Positions 26,890-32,000 of a stretch of DNA of 32,000 nucleotides are shown here, in pieces. The stretch spans positions 30,001 to 62,000 of the forward strand of contig NJBF01000013.1 in the NCBI GenBank assembly GCA_003144275.1. Direction: 5' to 3'. The stretch's first letter is position 1; every line of letters begins with the position of its first letter. Both the position numbers and the translations under genes were made by a program. The stretch is from Candidatus Heimdallarchaeota archaeon B3_Heim. GTDB lineage: Archaea; Asgardarchaeota; Heimdallarchaeia; Hodarchaeales; Hodarchaeaceae. The notes below the pieces were generated by a model. The model saw only the letters and a program-made list of their open reading frames with translations. It did not search any database and had not been told where the DNA came from.

Positions 26890-28920
26890 TTATTTTATTG
26901 TATTCTCAACATTGAATATTGTGGAATTATGAGGAACAGCCTGTACAATTTCATTAAGGTCAAGAGCTTTTAATTTCGCCTTTTGCTCTGCGGTTGTAAC
27001 TTTCTTCAGAAATATCTTTTGAATTTGTTTCGCAATTTTACCTTTCGTTTCATTTCCAGGTTTTATCATGACTACAATAGGACTATGTTTAGACACCTGC
27101 TCTGGAGATCCATAGATAACTTTAATATTAAATTCGCTTTCTTGGTATCCAATAGCAAGCTCTAGAACTGTTCCACGAACATAACTTCTTTTTCCCCTTA
27201 CCATTATTCCTCCTTTTGGAATATATTCTCCGCTGGGAGCTGAAAAACCTACATTTTCTCCAAGAACATAATAAACATCAATTGCGGCATAACCTGCTTT
27301 CCAAGCACTTGAAAAACTGGCTGCCATTCTAGCTGCGAGATGTAATTCTTCCTCAGATATTTCTTTATCACTACTCTCACGAATAATTACGGTGTATGGT
27401 GCACCCTGCACTTCTGCATGAAAAAAGAAGTCATCTTTCTTCATTCGTCTTTTAGCAATTTCATCATTTGTAGAGATATCTTTCCCACCGATAATCAAGA
27501 ATCCATTTGATGAAAATGTCCAATGATACTTCTCATACCAGTTTCTTTTCCGTCTTTTCAGAGTTATTGTATCAGCAACGGTTTGTTCATCTATATTTTC
27601 ATTTAGAGAATCAATTTTAGATTTAGTTTCTAATATCGCATTTTCTGCAGGGATCACTTTACGTCCTGCTTTTTTGGATCGTTTATAATAATTACTAGCA
27701 ATTTCTGTAGCATTCTGACGAAAATCTACCTCGATGATATCAAAACTAAGGTTAATCCTTATAGTTCCACGTTTAGGAGTGATTCCCTCAAATATTCGCG
27801 CGGATGATATGTTATTTTCCTTTGCTTGCTCTAATTTTCCTATTATTTCCTCCCACGTTACATTCTTTTTCCGGGCATTCATTATTGTCGAGAGTAATTC
27901 ATCTATATCACTGAGGTGAAGATATATTGCATCTCCAATCTTTTTGTACAATATTTGTTTTTGTTTATGGTGATTTAAAATCTCCTGTTGAGAATGAAGG
28001 ACCTTTTCATGCTGTTCTCTCTTTCGTTGATAATTATTCAATCCTGGAGAGATTACAGGTGATTCATGTGAATAGAAAAAATCCAATGCACTCGAAAAAG
28101 ATTCAAATTCCTTTATCTGGTAGGGATTTGATTTGAATGAAATGGGCTGAAAAGCTATCGGTCGCTCTTGAGAATCAATAGACACAGATGGTTCTAGTTC
28201 ATCTAATTCTTGTGTGATCTCTTGAATAACTGAGATAATCTTCTCAATATCTTCTTCAGTTATTGTGCTACACATTTTAGTTTTAGGTATAATAGCTCTG
28301 GCTAGTATTTCCTCCATTAATATACCTCCTCCACCAGTATTTCGTGCTAATACTCTGACAATCTCTTCTTCTGTATTGTTGGATGAACTGAGTATTTTTT
28401 TGATTTCATCAGCTGGCATAGAAAGAATGGGTTGTCCTCTACTAGGAGGTAATGTAAATTCCTTTCCAGGTAATACATCTCTATGTCGCATCTTCCTATA
28501 CCAAGAAGCAAAGATGACTTTGTTTTCATCTCCCACAACAACAAAGTTGGGTTTAGTTCCAAACAGTTCAACAATTACCTTATAGGTCTGCTTTCCCAAA
28601 AATTCAAATTCCACTAATCGGTCAAAATCGATTTGTTTAATGTTTTTAACTATTGCACCCTTAAGATGGGCTCTTAATGCTAATATCTTATCTTCAGGTC
28701 GTTCTGGTACATCATACTTGAATTCAGATATGTGAATTCGTGTACCTGGTTCAATTAATAAAAAAGGGGTTTTGTAAGGTCCCATTCCTTTAAGTTTGAG
28801 GAGAAAAAATCGGTCCGAACTATCACGATAGACATTATCCACTCTATATCCGATAATCCCCTGTAATTCATTTATGATGGCAAAGATATCCAAGCTGGAC
28901 ATTTGTTTCATGAGAGACAT
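26890..28920 (-). CDS. rqcH: Ribosome quality-control factor RqcH/Rqc2 (NEMF/NFACT family)
   Basis: MSSLD...EL..IIG.RVDNVY; VELFG..NFV; A..YY.RSKK..RK; WYEKYHWTFSS.GFLIIGGKD...N; FFHAEVQGAP; ASFSSAWK; PSGEY.PKG. Confidence 0.93.
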   Translation of the reverse strand: MSLMKQMSSLDIFAIINELQGIIGYRVDNVYRDSSDRFFLLKLKGMGPYKTPFLLIEPGTRIHISEFKYDVPERPEDKILALRAHLKGAIVKNIKQIDFDRLVEFEFLGKQTYKVIVELFGTKPNFVVVGDENKVIFASWYRKMRHRDVLPGKEFTLPPSRGQPILSMPADEIKKILSSSNNTEEEIVRVLARNTGGGGILMEEILARAIIPKTKMCSTITEEDIEKIISVIQEITQELDELEPSVSIDSQERPIAFQPISFKSNPYQIKEFESFSSALDFFYSHESPVISPGLNNYQRKREQHEKVLHSQQEILNHHKQKQILYKKIGDAIYLHLSDIDELLSTIMNARKKNVTWEEIIGKLEQAKENNISSARIFEGITPKRGTIRINLSFDIIEVDFRQNATEIASNYYKRSKKAGRKVIPAENAILETKSKIDSLNENIDEQTVADTITLKRRKRNWYEKYHWTFSSNGFLIIGGKDISTNDEIAKRRMKKDDFFFHAEVQGAPYTVIIRESSDKEISEEELHLAARMAASFSSAWKAGYAAIDVYYVLGENVGFSAPSGEYIPKGGIMVRGKRSYVRGTVLELAIGYQESEFNIKVIYGSPEQVSKHSPIVVMIKPGNETKGKIAKQIQKIFLKKVTTAEQKAKLKALDLNEIVQAVPHNSTIFNVENTIK

Positions 28921-29219
28921 TAACTCCTGAGATAATTTACAGAGAATAGGTCTGAGTTACAGTTACCTTACGAGATAACTCCCAATTTCCTAATATCTCT
29001 ATTTTCAAGCAAAATCGTATAATTGAGATTTATGTTTTGTTAGATTAATGATTGAAAGAAATCGATTGGAGTTAATCTTATTGTCTTTCTCTGAATTGAA
29101 TAAGTAATTTACATTGGATTTGTGAAGATTTATTAAGTGTGGTATGAAATTTGCATTATAATTGATAAGAGGGGAGAAATAGTCATATACATAGCATTTA
29201 GAAAAATGGACGGTCATAA

Positions 29220-29813
29220 ATGGCATCAACAGAGTCACGAACAAAAACCACGAATCCCCTAATTAATACCATATTAGTTATTTCTGTCGGTTTATCAGCC
29301 TTAGAAATATCTCAGTTAATATTTGATCCTTCTAAAGCTGCAGCAATTACTTCTTTGAGATTTGATCATGTTTTTGCGAATATGTATCAAGGAATGTTCT
29401 TGAGAGCAGAAACATTAACTTCATTCTGGTCGATATTAGTAGCATGGGCAATTTCAGGGATGGTAGCGGGTGTTAGAGCAAAACATGGCCTTTTAGGCGC
29501 AATAGCTGGATTCTTCGGAACTCTCTTAGGTTCAAGCCTTCTGCTGGTTGTTCATTTTGGAAGCGAGACAAATGTGACAATCGCAAATGAGTTCATTTTT
29601 GGTGTGGTTGCTTCCACCCTTGTCGCCTGTATCGCAGCATATGCAACAGGAACAGCTACAAAACCCAAGAAGGCATCTGTTAAATATAAAAAGACAAGAA
29701 AAGCGTGGGATGCATCAAAAACAAAAGATGTATGGATGTGTAGCAGGTGTGGTCAGAAAATACCCCCAGGAGCATTTACCTGTCCCAATTGTGGGGAACC
29801 TGTTATCGAATAA
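29220..29813 (+). CDS. Hypothetical multi-pass membrane protein with C-terminal zinc ribbon
   Basis: About 4 hydrophobic helices, a basic linker, WMCSRCG.......CPNCG. Confidence 0.75.
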   Translation: MASTESRTKTTNPLINTILVISVGLSALEISQLIFDPSKAAAITSLRFDHVFANMYQGMFLRAETLTSFWSILVAWAISGMVAGVRAKHGLLGAIAGFFGTLLGSSLLLVVHFGSETNVTIANEFIFGVVASTLVACIAAYATGTATKPKKASVKYKKTRKAWDASKTKDVWMCSRCGQKIPPGAFTCPNCGEPVIE

Positions 29814-29847
29814 AAAGAAGGAAATTGATAAAAAAGAAGAATGTTAT

Positions 29848-30375
29848 TCACATTATTCTCTTTTGTCTTAGATCTTCTAATTTCTCACTTATTGAGTCGA
29901 TTTCTTCTGATAATTGAATCAGAACCGAATCCAATTCACGAAACTTTCTATTCTCAACCACAGTAAGAAGATCTTTTACAACAGTCCCTAATTCATTAGA
30001 TCGAAGGGATTTATGAGCATTCCGAACTGTGGGTTCCATATGCTTTAGTATATCAATAATTTCTCCTGATAATTGTGTAGCTTGGCTTGGTAGTGAACTT
30101 TCCATAATTTCGATTCCAGAGATTTCTGCGAGGAGATCTGTTAGATCCCAATACCTCTCTCTTAGTTCATCGATAATGACACCGATTCGTTTAAATCTTT
30201 GTTTTTTATCTAAACCATCATCCGAACTTCCATTAGCATCAGCTAATTTGGAAGCGTGGGTGCGTAACTCTTCATAAAAATCTGAAGAGAGAGCACGTCT
30301 GTCCTCAATTTCACGCACCATTCGATTCATTTCAGAATAAATAGAAGTAGAGGTGCGATATTCGGTGTTGTTCAA
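29848..30375 (-). CDS. Hypothetical alpha-helical/coiled-coil protein (TTG start)
   Basis: 175-aa open frame with charged heptad-like composition; GGAG upstream of TTG. Confidence 0.7.
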   Translation of the reverse strand: MNNTEYRTSTSIYSEMNRMVREIEDRRALSSDFYEELRTHASKLADANGSSDDGLDKKQRFKRIGVIIDELRERYWDLTDLLAEISGIEIMESSLPSQATQLSGEIIDILKHMEPTVRNAHKSLRSNELGTVVKDLLTVVENRKFRELDSVLIQLSEEIDSISEKLEDLRQKRIM

Positions 30376-30798
30376 ACTTTTTCAGTCTCCTATAAAGTGA
30401 TTACAATTCCTTGTGTAAGAAATAACGGCCGTATCAAATCCGTTGAGTATTCGTTGTTAGTACTAGAAACACCGTAATAATACATGAAATGTAATTCACT
30501 AGTGAGTAATAAGCTTTTCGAAAACTGAAATCGAATTCTTCAGAATTAATCGCCCCTTTTTTCATTAGGGGGCTATTTCGAGTTATAATCTTATAAATTA
30601 CCCTTCTCTACGTTTTATTACGGTTCTATTTGTTAAAATATCAACTATTTTAAGAAATAAGTAGTTTTAACTTAAGATTCCTTTCAATTTCCATAGTGGA
30701 ATAAAAATATTTATGAGGATTACAAGAAAAGATTTTTCATGACTTGCTGATATGTGACTAACCATGACTATATTTGTCAGACAACGCAGTATAACTGA

Positions 30799-31054
30799 GT
30801 TCTGGACAGGATGAGTCACGCATCCGCTATCCGGAAAAAACCAATTCAGCTTATGAATTCGTTTTCGAGGGACTACTTGTTACTAGGGGGTTAGCATTCT
30901 CTCTTGATTCCTCGAATTTCTGCAACCACTGGTCACACCTCCCTCGCCTTTGACGGGTAACTCGTCTAACGTAGTTACAAGGGAGGCCTTCCAGAAACAT
31001 TGAGCTATCTTTTGTTCATCACCTCTGTTTCTTCAGGTTTTGAGGGGAGGAGCC
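30799..31054 (+). ncRNA. Candidate structured RNA or cis-element of unknown family
   Basis: GC 110/240 in 30781-31020 versus 30/120 in 30601-30720 (hand counts); several nested stems; G-U pairs favour the + strand. Confidence 0.35.
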
Positions 31055-31235
31055 TTTTTAAGATTTTCAGAGAGAGAGTAAGGTGATAATGAGAAAATAT
31101 ATTTATCGGAAAAAATTGGTCATATTAAAGGAAAACCATTTGTAGGAGTGATTAGTTATGTTCACTCATTACGTCTAAATATCATTGGGGATTTAGAATA
31201 GAATTCTTAAACTACTTCAATTATAGGTTGTTATT

Positions 31236-32000
31236 ATGGATGCAATAGTTTTAACCGCTGGGAAGGGTACACGTCTTTTACCACTGACAAAACATTTACC
31301 TAAACCATTGTTTCCAATCGCAGGGAAACCATTACTTTGCAATATTCTGGACTCATTTAGTGAAAAGATTTCCCGTGTGATAATTGTTGTTGGGCATGAA
31401 AAAAAACAAATCATAGCGAGAATAAATAAGGAATCCTATCCATTTGAAATAGTCTGGGTAACCCAAAAGGAGCAAAAAGGAACTGGTCATGCTATCCAAC
31501 TGTGTAAACATCTTGTTACCTCAAATCCGTTTTTTATGATGTATGGTGATATATTTACAAGTCGAACTACTATCCAAAACATCATTAATTATCCTCTGTC
31601 TACAAAAAATGTAAATGGTGTTATAGCCACTTTTGAAGTAGATGCACCAGAGAAGTATGGGTGTTTAGAAACCATTAATGAGAAACTGGTTCATATTTGG
31701 GAAAAACAACCTGATCCACCAAGTCGTTTCATCAATGCAGGATTGATGATCATACCTGAAGAGATTTTCACAATTTTAGAGAAATTAGAGGAATCAGATC
31801 GAGGGGAAATTGAACTGACAGATGGAATTAATAAATTAGTACAAGCTGGTAAGCCCTTTGGTTTTTATGAAATTGATGATTATTGGATAGATACTGGGTA
31901 CCCCTGGGATTTACTTTCAGCAAATGCACTTGGACTAAAACAAATACGCCGTGACTCTAAAATTTTGCCAGTAGCAGGTGTGACAATAGAAGGTCCTGTG
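31236..32000 (+). CDS. glmU: Sugar-1-phosphate nucleotidylyltransferase, archaeal GlmU-like bifunctional enzyme (3'-truncated; not in the ORF track)
   Basis: Manual translation MDAIVLTAGKGTRLLPLT..LPKPL; EQKGTGHA; YGD; EKQP; NAG; RGEIELTD; WIDTGYPWDLL; ends at TIEGPV, the likely start of the left-handed beta-helix. Confidence 0.85.
   Translation, partial: MDAIVLTAGKGTRLLPLTKHLPKPLFPIAGKPLLCNILDSFSEKISRVIIVVGHEKKQIIARINKESYPFEIVWVTQKEQKGTGHAIQLCKHLVTSNPFFMMYGDIFTSRTTIQNIINYPLSTKNVNGVIATFEVDAPEKYGCLETINEKLVHIWEKQPDPPSRFINAGLMIIPEEIFTILEKLEESDRGEIELTDGINKLVQAGKPFGFYEIDDYWIDTGYPWDLLSANALGLKQIRRDSKILPVAGVTIEGPV

Noticed and set aside
29005-29244. 79-aa minus-strand ORF in the rqcH/membrane-protein intergenic region
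   Set aside because: Very AT-rich, rich in Asn/Phe/Ile, overlaps the start of 29220, and has no RBS or motif.
30552-30701. GC hairpin (30552-30573) and TTCCATAGTGGAA (30689-30701) in an AT-rich stretch as an ORB/replication origin or IS200/605 end
   Set aside because: Single imperfect motif with wrong spacing, no G-string, and no orc1/cdc6 or tnpA/tnpB nearby.
30781-31054. Assigning the structured island to RNase P, SRP, group II intron domain V, HEARO/omegaRNA, or c-di-AMP/cobalamin riboswitch
   Set aside because: Only fragments match (CCAGAAACATTGAGCTAT, GGTTTTGAGGGGAGG, AACTACGTTAG on the opposite strand, CCACTGG). The P4 partner, the SRP helix-8 motif and DV pairing are absent, or the motif order and strand are inconsistent.
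1157-31414. Short ORFs (60-106 aa) overlapping the main genes, e.g. 1157..1384, 2259..2447, 9737..9934, 13221..13505, 14231..14524, 19827..20039, 23804..24040, 28265..28585, 29587..29871, 31217..31414
   Set aside because: They are antisense or alternate-frame shadows of well-supported CDSs and contain no recognisable motifs.
1-32000. CRISPR array, tRNA or rRNA genes
   Set aside because: No regularly spaced repeats, cloverleaf/T-loop signature or rRNA-like sequence was found by eye.

Overview
AT-rich archaeal chromosomal window. Gene style (Ig-fold surface proteins with Thr linker plus PGF-like C-terminal anchors) suggests an Asgard/Heimdallarchaeia-like organism; this is inference only. Left to right: the 3' end of an Ig-fold surface protein; an Fe3+/AfuA/thiamine-class ABC transporter locus (divergent ATPase, GATase-like/Ig surface protein, FN3-stalked binding protein, enlarged permease); a complete IS701/IS4-like element with a 4-bp target duplication; an adenylate-kinase/deoxyribosyltransferase-like fusion; a HAD phosphatase; a tRNA-binding gene broken by one in-frame TAA; radA; a type IV pilus locus (5 pilin-like genes, ATPase, 2 TadB/C-like genes, 1 coiled-coil gene) whose operon ends in a full-length PolD large subunit (DP2) homologue lacking the catalytic aspartates (CDGDED -> CNGATD); a CBS protein; rqcH; two hypotheticals; a GC-rich structured intergenic island; and the 5' part of a GlmU-like gene. 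The main candidate for an undescribed system is the inactive DP2 paralogue coupled to a pilus operon that is divergent from radA. No tRNA, rRNA or CRISPR array was seen.
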